This document shows positions 1-7,783 of a stretch of 64,000 nucleotides of DNA, in pieces. Made by a program: the position numbers and the translations under genes. Source of the DNA: an uncultured Alloprevotella sp. (lineage in GTDB: Bacteria > Bacteroidota > Bacteroidia > Bacteroidales > Bacteroidaceae); assembly GCA_944322325.1 (NCBI GenBank), contig CALUOQ010000006.1:75134-139133 (forward strand), written 5' to 3'. Each line of letters opens with the position of its first letter. Within the stretch, counting starts at the first letter, position 1. Under the pieces are notes generated by a model, which saw nothing but the letters and a program-made list of their open reading frames with translations, was not told the origin of the DNA and ran no database searches.

Positions 1-157
1 GACGAATCGTGTTTCGACGCGGTAGCCATCAGGGACACCGGAGCGCGGCCGACAAGTTCGACGACAAAGTTAAACAAAATCGGGGAATAAACAAATAGTT
101 ATGCGAAGGAAGTCATCGGATAACTCTGTTTTTAATCAACTATTCACCTTTTATTCA

Positions 158-691
158 CTATAACTGCACACCATACACCTCCCGACGCAATGTTTCCACC
201 ATGGAAGCGGTCACGCGACCGCGCGACTCCGACTGTGTGGTCATCAGACGCAGGACAAGCTCTTCGTCGCCCTCGCGGTAAGGCGGTTGACGGTAATCGT
301 AATCGCTCACGCAAAACCCGTGTTTCTCGTAGAAGCGAATGCGCCGCACGGCCTGCTCGGTCACGGGTGGTTCCACTTCGAGCAATATCGGCAAGTCGGT
401 CGCACTTTTCACGTGCTCTATGACTGCCCCGCCATATCCTTTACCACGGCAGGCGTCCGATATGGCAAAATGTTCGACATAGCGAAAAGCGGAAAAATCC
501 CAGTACGTGATAAATCCCGCAAAACCGGCCTCGTCGTACGCCGCCAGCACGTGAAAACGCGGTTCGCCGCACATCAGCCGCACAAGGTCGGACACGTCGC
601 GCCGTTCCTCAGCCGGAAAAGCCGAGAGGTAAAGGTCAAGCATACGCGGGTTGTCCGCAGTCTCAACGGTCAGGGTTGAAAATGTCAACAT
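158..691 (-). CDS. GNAT family N-acetyltransferase
   Basis: 177-aa ORF. 'FAISDACRGKGYGGAVIEHV' fits the GNAT acetyl-CoA motif A pattern (R/Q-x-x-G-x-G/A), and 'FYEKHGF' sits near the C-terminus. Substrate unknown. Confidence 0.8.
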   Translation of the reverse strand: MLTFSTLTVETADNPRMLDLYLSAFPAEERRDVSDLVRLMCGEPRFHVLAAYDEAGFAGFITYWDFSAFRYVEHFAISDACRGKGYGGAVIEHVKSATDLPILLEVEPPVTEQAVRRIRFYEKHGFCVSDYDYRQPPYREGDEELVLRLMTTQSESRGRVTASMVETLRREVYGVQL

Positions 692-719
692 GGTTACTCC
701 TTATATTATATGTAGCGCG

Positions 720-1322
720 TCAGACTTCCTCAACGCGCAGAAAATCGATTTTTTCGAGCCGGGCGCGCAAACCTGCCACAAGCGAGCGCCGAAGCCGCAG
801 CACCATACGGCAATCCATGCCGCTATAACCCTGCTCCAGCACGGCCGGCGCCATGTCCTTCACGACACGCATCACTTCGTTCAGCCCCGTGTAGGGAACG
901 GTCACTACGAGGGTGTCGTCCACCGTGCGTTCCACGTGTTCGGCCGCTTCGAGCGCCTCGCGCGCCGCGGTCTTGTACGCCACGGTCAGTCCGCCCGTCC
1001 CGAGCTTGATGCCGCCGAAATAGCGCACGACGACGACCAACACGTCCGTAAGTCCCAATGAATTGATTTGTCCCAGTATGGGTTTTCCCGCCGTCCCCGA
1101 CGGTTCACCGTTATCGTTACTCCGGAACAGCGTACGCTCCGGCCCGAGCATGTAGGCATAACACACGTGGCGGGCGTCATAGTACTCGCGCTGATAGCGG
1201 GCCAGCGCCTCCTTCACCTCCGCCTCGCTCGTCACGGGGAGGGCAAAAGCCAGAAATTTGCTTCGCTTCTCGGTATAAACGGCCGACGACGGGGCCGCAA
1301 GGGTCGTATAGGTATCGTCCAT
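720..1322 (-). CDS. YigZ / IMPACT-N (UPF0029) family protein
   Basis: ORF 720..1361. 'NDNGEPSGTAGKPIL' and 'VVVVRYFGGIKLGTGGL' are the family signatures as I recall them. Start placed at ATG 1322 (MDDTYTT) because a TAnnTTTG box lies inside the longer ORF. Confidence 0.8.
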   Translation of the reverse strand: MDDTYTTLAAPSSAVYTEKRSKFLAFALPVTSEAEVKEALARYQREYYDARHVCYAYMLGPERTLFRSNDNGEPSGTAGKPILGQINSLGLTDVLVVVVRYFGGIKLGTGGLTVAYKTAAREALEAAEHVERTVDDTLVVTVPYTGLNEVMRVVKDMAPAVLEQGYSGMDCRMVLRLRRSLVAGLRARLEKIDFLRVEEV

Positions 1323-1330
1323 GGCGACTG

Positions 1331-1338
1331 CAAAGATA
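1331..1338 (-). promoter_or_regulatory. Bacteroidetes-type -7 box TATCTTTG (yigZ-GNAT operon)
   Basis: The minus strand reads TATCTTTG, ending 8 nt before ATG 1322. This implies a very short or absent leader. Confidence 0.35.
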
Positions 1339-1449
1339 AGAAAAAGCCGCCGCCTGCGCACTACCGCACCAGCGTTTGACGCTCATGCGGGAGCAATAAA
1401 AAAATTCCGGACTGCCTTTCGGCAATCCGGAACAACCATTCAGCTTTCG

Positions 1450-1522
1450 TACGCCCTCAGGGGCTCGAACCCTGGACCCATTGATTAAGAGTCAATTGCT
1501 CTACCAACTGAGCTAAGGACGC
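1450..1522 (-). tRNA. tRNA-Lys (anticodon CTT)
   Basis: 73-nt cloverleaf read by hand on the minus strand: GCGTCCT-TA-GCTC-AGTTGGTA-GAGC-A-ATTGA-CTCTTAA-TCAAT-GGGTC-CAGGG-TTCGAGC-CCCTG-AGGGCGT-A. The anticodon and T stems pair perfectly. The acceptor stem has two G-U wobbles (1-72 and 4-69). No CCA is encoded. Confidence 0.85.
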
Positions 1523-1547
1523 TTGCTTTATCGCTGATTTGCGAGTG

Positions 1548-1555
1548 CAAAGGTA
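1548..1555 (-). promoter_or_regulatory. -7 box TACCTTTG upstream of tRNA-Lys
   Basis: The minus strand reads TACCTTTG about 25 nt upstream of the tRNA 5' end. Confidence 0.45.
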
Positions 1556-1654
1556 GGGCTTTCTTCGGAACCAGCAAAACTTTTCCCGACTTTTTCTTCA
1601 AAGTCTTGCGATTTTCGCGAATTTTCCCGTTTTTTGCAGGTGCCGTCCCGCGAA

Positions 1655-1745
1655 AAACAAGTACTACGATAGGAATTCCTGTCGCTGCGACAGAATTTTC
1701 TATCGCTGCGACAGGAAAAACGAACGCTGCGCTTCTACCGTTTTT
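1655..1745. repeat. Family-A intergenic palindromic element, copy A1
   Basis: 'caagtactacgataggaattcctgtcgctgcgacagaattttctatcgctgcgacaggaaaaac'. Shares the GTACTACGATAG / CTGTCGC-GCGACAG modules with eight other copies. Confidence 0.8.
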
Positions 1746-1846
1746 CCTGGATGGAGGAGGAATTTCGACAGCAATCCCATAAAAAAGCGACCGCTTCGAT
1801 CGGGAAGCGGTCGCTTGTAAATGATGTTTTCGTCGCGACAGGCGGT

Positions 1847-3181
1847 TTAGAGAATGCCCTGGGCCATCATGGCGCGGGCCACTTTCATGAAACCGGCGAC
1901 ATTGGCACCCTTGACGTAGTTCACATAACCGTCGTCCTGGCGGCCGAATTTCACGCACTGCTCGTGGATGTTCTGCATGATAGTGCGCAGACGGTTGTCC
2001 ACTTCCTCTGCCGTCCAGCTCAGCTTTTGCGCGTTCTGCGTCATTTCAAGACCCGAAACCGACACACCGCCGGCATTGGCGGCCTTACCCGGAGCATAGA
2101 GAATCTTGGCCTCGAGGAACGCATCGATTGCCTCAGGCGTTGAGGGCATATTGGCGCCTTCGCTGACGGCAATGCAGCCATTGGCGAGGAGCGTCTTGGC
2201 ATCGTCGCCGGTCAGTTCGTTTTGCGTGGCGCTCGGCATGGCGATATCGCACTTCTCGCCCCAAGGACGCGCACCGGCGACGTACTTCACGCCGTACTTC
2301 TCGGCATACTCGCGAATGCGGCCGCGGTACAGATTCTTCAGCTCCATGATGTAATCGAGCTTCTCGCGGTCGATGCCGTCGGGGTCGTAGATGTAACCGT
2401 CGGAGTCGGACATGGTCACAACCTTGGCGCCAAGCTCGATGAGCTTCTCCACCGTGTACTGCGCCACATTGCCCGAACCCGATACCGTTACGACTTTGCC
2501 TTTCAGCTCTATGCCGCGCGTCTTGAGCATTTCGAGCAGGAAATATACGTTACCGTAACCGGTTGCTTCGGGGCGGATGAGCGAACCACCGAACTCCAGT
2601 CCTTTTCCGGTCAGCGTACCCGTGTTTTCGCGGGCCAGCTTCTTGTACATTCCGTACATATAGCCGACCTCGCGGCCGCCGACACCGATGTCACCGGCGG
2701 GCACGTCTGTATCCGGACCGATGTGACGCCAGAGCTCGGTCATAAACGCCTGACAGAAGCGCATTATCTCAGCGTTCGACTTGCCGCGCGGGCTGAAGTC
2801 CGAACCGCCTTTTCCGCCACCCATAGGCAGCGTGGTGAGCGAGTTCTTGAACGTTTGTTCGAAGGCAAGGAACTTCAGAATGGACTGATTCACCGATGCA
2901 TGGAAACGGATGCCGCCCTTGTACGGACCGATGGCGTTGTTGTGTTGAATGCGGTAGCCCATGTTGGTCTGGACCTTACCCTTGTCGTCCACCCAAGTGA
3001 CGCGAAACGAAAAAATACGGTCGGGGATGCACAGACGTTCGATTAAATTTACTTTCTCGAACTCGGGGTGTTCGTTGTAAACGTCTTCGATAGTTTCCAG
3101 TACCTCCTGCACCGCCTGATGGTACTCGGGCTCGCCCGGGAAGCGGCGCTTCAGCGAATCTAAGACTTCTGCTGCTTTCAT
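1847..3181 (-). CDS. gdhA: NADP-specific glutamate dehydrogenase
   Basis: ORF 1847..3193. 'GPYKGGIRFH' and 'LPMGGGKGGSDF' are Glu/Leu/Phe/Val dehydrogenase signatures. Start set at ATG 3181 (MKAAEVLDSLKRRFP), which matches the usual Bacteroidales GdhA N-terminus. Confidence 0.95.
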   Translation of the reverse strand: MKAAEVLDSLKRRFPGEPEYHQAVQEVLETIEDVYNEHPEFEKVNLIERLCIPDRIFSFRVTWVDDKGKVQTNMGYRIQHNNAIGPYKGGIRFHASVNQSILKFLAFEQTFKNSLTTLPMGGGKGGSDFSPRGKSNAEIMRFCQAFMTELWRHIGPDTDVPAGDIGVGGREVGYMYGMYKKLARENTGTLTGKGLEFGGSLIRPEATGYGNVYFLLEMLKTRGIELKGKVVTVSGSGNVAQYTVEKLIELGAKVVTMSDSDGYIYDPDGIDREKLDYIMELKNLYRGRIREYAEKYGVKYVAGARPWGEKCDIAMPSATQNELTGDDAKTLLANGCIAVSEGANMPSTPEAIDAFLEAKILYAPGKAANAGGVSVSGLEMTQNAQKLSWTAEEVDNRLRTIMQNIHEQCVKFGRQDDGYVNYVKGANVAGFMKVARAMMAQGIL

Positions 3182-3225
3182 AAACGTTATCAATTAAAAG
3201 TTCTTATCTGTTTCAATTTCGACGG

Positions 3226-3233
3226 CAAAGGTA
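3226..3233 (-). promoter_or_regulatory. -7 box TACCTTTG upstream of gdhA
   Basis: The minus strand reads TTTGTATTACCTTTGCCG, 44 nt upstream of the ATG. The same 18-mer precedes purF. Confidence 0.5.
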
Positions 3234-3393
3234 ATACAAATCCGAGAAACTACGGAATTTTGAACCATAAAAACGAAGAAAACTTTCAAAACGACAGTTG
3301 AGGCCTGCATCCGGCTTCCCGTTTATCGCGAAAAAGCGGACGAATGCACACCTGCTGACCCACCATCCGCAACCTCAGTCTACGGATACGCAA

Positions 3394-3416
3394 GAGGGCA
3401 CGAGAACCGTGCCCTC
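3394..3416 (-). terminator. Hairpin downstream of the 3493..4095 gene
   Basis: 9-bp GC-rich stem gagggcacg / cgtgccctc with a 5-nt loop, about 80 nt after the stop. Only a weak U-tract follows. Confidence 0.4.
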
Positions 3417-3492
3417 AACTATGCCTTTCGCGCAGGACGCTGCGCAAGAATGCCTCCGGACCAAATTGGGAACACGGTCCGCTGCGCGCCGC

Positions 3493-4095
3493 CTAACGGT
3501 CGCTTCCTCCCAACTCACTGGCGCGGATGCCCAAGGCGTTCATGAGCGAATATCCCAAAAGTTCCTCCGTGTAACCGCGTGCGGGATGCGGCGTCATCGT
3601 CAGCAGGGTGACTTCCTTCCCTTCCGAGGCACCGGCCAGACTGCGGCGCACCCTCTCGCCGTATGCTTCCTCGTCGGGTACGAGGATGAGGCGCTTCACT
3701 CCCGAAGCGCCGAGCAGCGCCTCGAGCGACTGCACGTAGAAATCGGCCGGCGAAACAATATCCTCGACGGCAAACGAGGCCAGCGCAAATTCGCCCAGGT
3801 TGTCCCGGAAGGCCTGGCCGTTGAGGTCGCGTTCAAAATGAGCCGGCATGAAGTTCTCAAGCGCCAGCCGCTCTTTCGCATGGAGGAATATAGCCTGAAT
3901 CTCTCCTTTTCCCTCATCCGCGGGGCGCACTCCGCCGTCCAAGGCCAGGCAGTCCAGCCAGCGGGGCAAGTCGGCCGCCGGAATACGTCGCTCCAACATC
4001 CGCTCGAAGTTGACGATGAGATCAAAGGCGACGCGGTCGGCATAATCGGCGTCGACCAGGATGACCGTTTCGCTCCACTCGTTATTTCCGTTCAT
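3493..4095 (-). CDS. Conserved hypothetical protein (no recognisable domain)
   Basis: ORF 3493..4227. Start set at ATG 4095 (MNGNNEWSETVILVDADY) because the upstream gene ends at 4107. Coding-like composition. Confidence 0.55.
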   Translation of the reverse strand: MNGNNEWSETVILVDADYADRVAFDLIVNFERMLERRIPAADLPRWLDCLALDGGVRPADEGKGEIQAIFLHAKERLALENFMPAHFERDLNGQAFRDNLGEFALASFAVEDIVSPADFYVQSLEALLGASGVKRLILVPDEEAYGERVRRSLAGASEGKEVTLLTMTPHPARGYTEELLGYSLMNALGIRASELGGSDR

Positions 4096-4106
4096 AGGAT
4101 ATGAAT

Positions 4107-4994
4107 TTATTTCCAAAGACTTAATCCGACTTTGCTCCACAATCGTTTCATGGAGGCGTACGGCACGATGGCCAACGGCTGGCCGGCTGCGTACGGGGCT
4201 ATCTCGTAGGCGTCGTACTGCACGCACAGACCGTCCTCGAGCAGTCCGGGATTTCCTTTCGGCAGGGGGAACGACGTGCGGCTGTAGGAATCTGTTATCT
4301 GAAGGCGCTCACTCAAGGCCGCGAAGCCGACCACGCCAAAATAATCCTCCAGCCCGTCCACGACCAAAGTGCTGAATTTCGTCTGCTGGCGGGGTTCGAT
4401 GAGGTCGCGCCAGCTGACAAGATGACCGTCGCTCTTGCGGAACGTCGCATATTCACGATACTGCACCCCATGGGCGCCACCGCTGTACGCATAAGTTTCG
4501 GCCCGGAACGTGACGAAGCGCTTCGTTTCGTAAACGCGCGTCAGGGTCATGTCGAAAGCGTAGTTGAAACGGTGGTCAAGGGTGTCGCGCCGCGTCTCGC
4601 GGACCAGCTGCGTGATTTCGTCGCGCCCGCGGTCCATATATGCCTTGCGAAAATAAGTGCTCACCTCGTCGCCCGAAATCAGCGGTCCGTCGGGCTCGAT
4701 GCCCGTCTGTCCGGTCAGCAACGCCAGCCACCAGGCCCGAACCGGATCGGCCAGTTTTTCTTCGGCCGCCGGAAGCTGCACATTCAGCGTAAACTCCAGT
4801 AAATGTTTCTTCTTGACCAGTTTCTGTTCGTGCGCGCTGACGGAGTCTATCGCAATGGGGCTCCAGCTGACCGATGCGGCCGGAACACTTTCGGCCACAG
4901 AATTTTCGTTTCCCGCCACGTACGGATTCACCGCCGGGCTGGCCAGGCACCACAGGCAGGCACCTGCGCTTATCCAAAACTTCAGTTTTCTCAT
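4107..4994 (-). CDS. Secreted DUF3298/DUF4163-like protein
   Basis: 295 aa with an N-terminal signal peptide (MRKLKFWISAGACLWCLASPA). 'YAYSGGAHGVQYREYATF' is the GGAHG motif I associate with DUF3298 (RsiV/PdaC-type) domains. Confidence 0.65.
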   Translation of the reverse strand: MRKLKFWISAGACLWCLASPAVNPYVAGNENSVAESVPAASVSWSPIAIDSVSAHEQKLVKKKHLLEFTLNVQLPAAEEKLADPVRAWWLALLTGQTGIEPDGPLISGDEVSTYFRKAYMDRGRDEITQLVRETRRDTLDHRFNYAFDMTLTRVYETKRFVTFRAETYAYSGGAHGVQYREYATFRKSDGHLVSWRDLIEPRQQTKFSTLVVDGLEDYFGVVGFAALSERLQITDSYSRTSFPLPKGNPGLLEDGLCVQYDAYEIAPYAAGQPLAIVPYASMKRLWSKVGLSLWK

Positions 4995-5331
4995 CTTTTT
5001 ACCTATATAATAATGTCTGTCAGCAAACGGCCAAGTACTGTCGCCTTAGCACGGTTTCCGCGGGCAAAGATACGATTAATAATGACAACGGGCAATTGGC
5101 CGCTGACTATTGTCAGCACTTTGCCAACCCTCCCGACCTCTCGCCGGACTTTCAGCCGGAATACCTCAGTCTTAAAATTGAGTCCCCACGCACCGGCCCG
5201 CTTCACGGCAACTGCCTTCAAAAGGCAAGGCGCCGCCTTCTCCCGAAGACCGCGCCCGCTTTTACTAACACCTATTTGAAAATTTGCGATGAAGTGGCTT
5301 GCTGTTTTGCGCAAGTCCACCCTCACTTCCG

Positions 5332-5339
5332 CAAAGGTA
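5332..5339 (-). promoter_or_regulatory. Orphan -7 box TACCTTTG about 340 nt upstream of the nearest start codon
   Basis: The minus strand reads TACCTTTG. No credible ORF lies between it and ATG 4994. See finding on 4995..5340. Confidence 0.35.
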
Positions 5340-5416
5340 CGACTTTTTTGGGAATAAGGCATCGGAAAGCAAAAAAATTATTTCCTTCCTCACGCTTGTT
5401 CCAGTGGAGCGGCCGG

Positions 5417-7468
5417 CTAATGCCCTTTTTCGTCGAGCAAGCGCTGTAGGCGCAACATCTCGTCACGGAATTGGGCAGCCTGCACGAAGTCGAGTTTCTT
5501 CGCGGCGTCCTGCATGAGCCGGCGCGTCCGTTCGATGGATTTTTCGAGCTGCGCGGGCGTCATGTAGCTGAGCACGGGGTCGGCGGCCATCGTCGCCGCG
5601 GCCGTTTCTTCGACCGGCGCGTAGGCCTTGGGCGCAGCGGACGGGGTTTTGGACGCCGCGGCCTTGGCGGTTTCGACCAGGACGCCCCGTCCCAGCTCCT
5701 TGCGGATTTGTTGGGGCGTAATGCCGTGCGCCTCGTTGTAGTGCAGCTGCTTTTCGCGCCGCCGGTTGGTCTCGTCAATAGTCTGCCGCATGGAGTCCGT
5801 GACGCGGTCGGCGTACATGATGACGCGCCCGTTGACGTTACGGGCGGCGCGTCCGGCCGTCTGCGTAAGCGAGCGGTGAGAGCGCAGGAAGCCCTCCTTG
5901 TCCGCGTCGAGGATGGCGACGAGCGAGACCTCGGGCAGGTCGAGTCCCTCGCGCAGCAGGTTGACCCCGACGAGGACGTCGTACGTCCCGGCGCGCAGGT
6001 CCTCCATGATGCGGACGCGGTCTATCGTGTCGACGTCGCTGTGGATATACGCAGTCGCCACGCCCTTGTCGAGCAGGTAGGCGGTCAGTTCCTCCGCCAT
6101 CCGCTTGGTCAGCGTCGTGACCAGCGTGCGCTCACCCCGCTCGATGCGCTGGCGGATTTCCTCCATAAGGTCGTCGATTTGGTGCAGGCTGGGGCGCACC
6201 TCGATGACCGGGTCGAGCAGTCCGGTGGGGCGGATGACCTGCTCGACCACTATACCTCCGCTTTGCTGGAGCTCGTAGTCGGCGGGCGTGGCGCTGACAT
6301 AGATGACCTGCCGGGCCATCTGCTGAAACTCCTCGAACTTCAGCGGACGGTTGTCGAGGGCCGCGGGCAGGCGGAAGCCGTACTGGACGAGCGCCTCCTT
6401 GCGCGAGCGGTCGCCACCGTACATGGCCGCGATTTGCGGCACGCTGACGTGGCTCTCGTCGATGACCATCAGGAAATCGTCGGGGAAGAAATCGAGCAGG
6501 CAGTAAGGCCGCTCGCCCGCCTGCCGGCCGTCGAAGTATCGGGAGTAGTTCTCGATGCCACTACAGTGCCCCAGCTCGCGAATCATCTCCATGTCGTACG
6601 TCACACGTTCGTGCAAGCGGTTCGCCTCTAGCTCCTTGCCCATCTCGCGGAAGCAGGCCTCCTGCCGTGCAAGGTCGTCCTCAATCTGATAGATGGCCTG
6701 GAGCTGCGTGTCCTTGGAGGTGAGAAAAAGGTTGGCGGGATAGATTTTATACTCGTCGAACGAGGCGATACGCGCGCCGCTCAGGGCGTCGACTTCCTCT
6801 ATGGTGTCGACCTCATCGTCCCAGAACGAAACGCGCAGAATGTCGTCCGCATAAGCCAGATAGACGTCCACCGTGTCGCCCTTTACCCTGAACTCGCCGG
6901 ACTTAGGCGCCACGTCGTTGCGCACGTAGAGGCTGTCCACCAGGCGGCGGAGCAGCGCGTTGCGGTCCAGGGTCGTGCCGCACTTCAGGCTGATGACGTT
7001 TTCGTAGAAAGCGCCCGGGTTGCCCATACCGTAGATGCACGACACGGACGATACGACAATCACGTCGCGCCGCCCCGACAGGAGGGCCGACGTGGCGGCC
7101 AGGCGGAGTTTGTCTATCTCTTCGTTGATGGCCAGGTCCTTCTCGATGTACGTGTCGGTGGAGGCAATGTAGGCCTCGGGCTGGTAGTAGTCGTAGTAGG
7201 AAACATAGTACTCCACCGCGTTGTCGGGAAAAAAATGCTTGAACTCGCCGTAAAGCTGGGCCGCCAGCGTCTTGTTGTGGCTCAGCACGAGGGTCGGCTT
7301 GTTCACGTTGGCCACGACGTTGGCGATAGTGAACGTCTTGCCCGACCCCGTGACGCCGAGCAGCGTCTGGGCGGGCTCGCCCGCCAGCACGCCGTCCGTG
7401 AGTTGGCGGATGGCCTCGGGCTGATCGCCCGTAGGGGCGTATTCGGAAGTCAGCTTGAACGTATTCAT
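5417..7468 (-). CDS. uvrB: Excinuclease ABC subunit B
   Basis: ORF 5417..7486. 'FKLTSEYAPTGDQPEAIRQL', the Walker A motif 'GVTGSGKTFT' and a C-terminal UVR domain 'AAQFRDEMLRLQ' are present. Start at ATG 7468 (MNTFKL). Confidence 0.95.
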   Translation of the reverse strand: MNTFKLTSEYAPTGDQPEAIRQLTDGVLAGEPAQTLLGVTGSGKTFTIANVVANVNKPTLVLSHNKTLAAQLYGEFKHFFPDNAVEYYVSYYDYYQPEAYIASTDTYIEKDLAINEEIDKLRLAATSALLSGRRDVIVVSSVSCIYGMGNPGAFYENVISLKCGTTLDRNALLRRLVDSLYVRNDVAPKSGEFRVKGDTVDVYLAYADDILRVSFWDDEVDTIEEVDALSGARIASFDEYKIYPANLFLTSKDTQLQAIYQIEDDLARQEACFREMGKELEANRLHERVTYDMEMIRELGHCSGIENYSRYFDGRQAGERPYCLLDFFPDDFLMVIDESHVSVPQIAAMYGGDRSRKEALVQYGFRLPAALDNRPLKFEEFQQMARQVIYVSATPADYELQQSGGIVVEQVIRPTGLLDPVIEVRPSLHQIDDLMEEIRQRIERGERTLVTTLTKRMAEELTAYLLDKGVATAYIHSDVDTIDRVRIMEDLRAGTYDVLVGVNLLREGLDLPEVSLVAILDADKEGFLRSHRSLTQTAGRAARNVNGRVIMYADRVTDSMRQTIDETNRRREKQLHYNEAHGITPQQIRKELGRGVLVETAKAAASKTPSAAPKAYAPVEETAAATMAADPVLSYMTPAQLEKSIERTRRLMQDAAKKLDFVQAAQFRDEMLRLQRLLDEKGH

Positions 7469-7473
7469 GGGAG

Positions 7474-7481
7474 CAAAATTA
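7474..7481 (-). promoter_or_regulatory. -7 box TAATTTTG abutting the uvrB start codon
   Basis: The minus strand reads TAATTTTGctcccATG. The box ends 5 nt before the ATG. Confidence 0.3.
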
Positions 7482-7608
7482 CACATCTTTGACCATACGC
7501 CACGCCCGGCCGGCCGGCTAATTGCCGATTCCGTCCCGGTATGCGTTAAAAAGGCGTGCGTCGCTTGGCGCTTTTTGCGGAGTTCGCTACTTTTGTATCG
7601 GCAAGCCC

Positions 7609-7716
7609 GGAAATCCTGTCGGCGACCTGGGAAATCCTATCGCTACGATAGAAATTCCTATCGCTGCGACAGAAATTTCTATCGTAGTACTTGTAAAACC
7701 CTGTCGCAGTACTCGA
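7609..7716. repeat. Family-A element, copy A2
   Basis: 'cctatcgctacgatagaaattcctatcgctgcgacagaaatttctatcgtagtacttgtaaaaccctgtcgcagtac', in the divergent uvrB/fucosidase intergenic region. Confidence 0.8.
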
Positions 7717-7783
7717 AAACGGGAAGCCCCTCCTGCCCGCCCCGACCCTACACGACAAACCGACAAATGCTATCCTGAACCTG

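Noticed and set aside
1-157. Possible 3' end of a gene at the left window edge
   Set aside because: Two plus-strand frames stay open for only about 30 codons before a stop, with no recognisable sequence. It is too short to call.
4995-5416. RNase P RNA, SRP RNA or tmRNA in the uvrB / DUF3298 gap. The prompt was 'GAAAGUCCGG' and 'ACAGUACUUGGCC' on the minus strand.
   Set aside because: The two motifs are only about 110 nt apart and lie near the 3' end of the putative transcript. The other conserved RNase P regions are absent (GGUAAGAGCGCACC-type, AGAUGAAUG-type). The SRP 'GGUCCGGAAGGAAGCAGCC' motif is absent, and there is no tmRNA tag ORF or tRNA-like end. The region is kept only as an unclassified candidate RNA.
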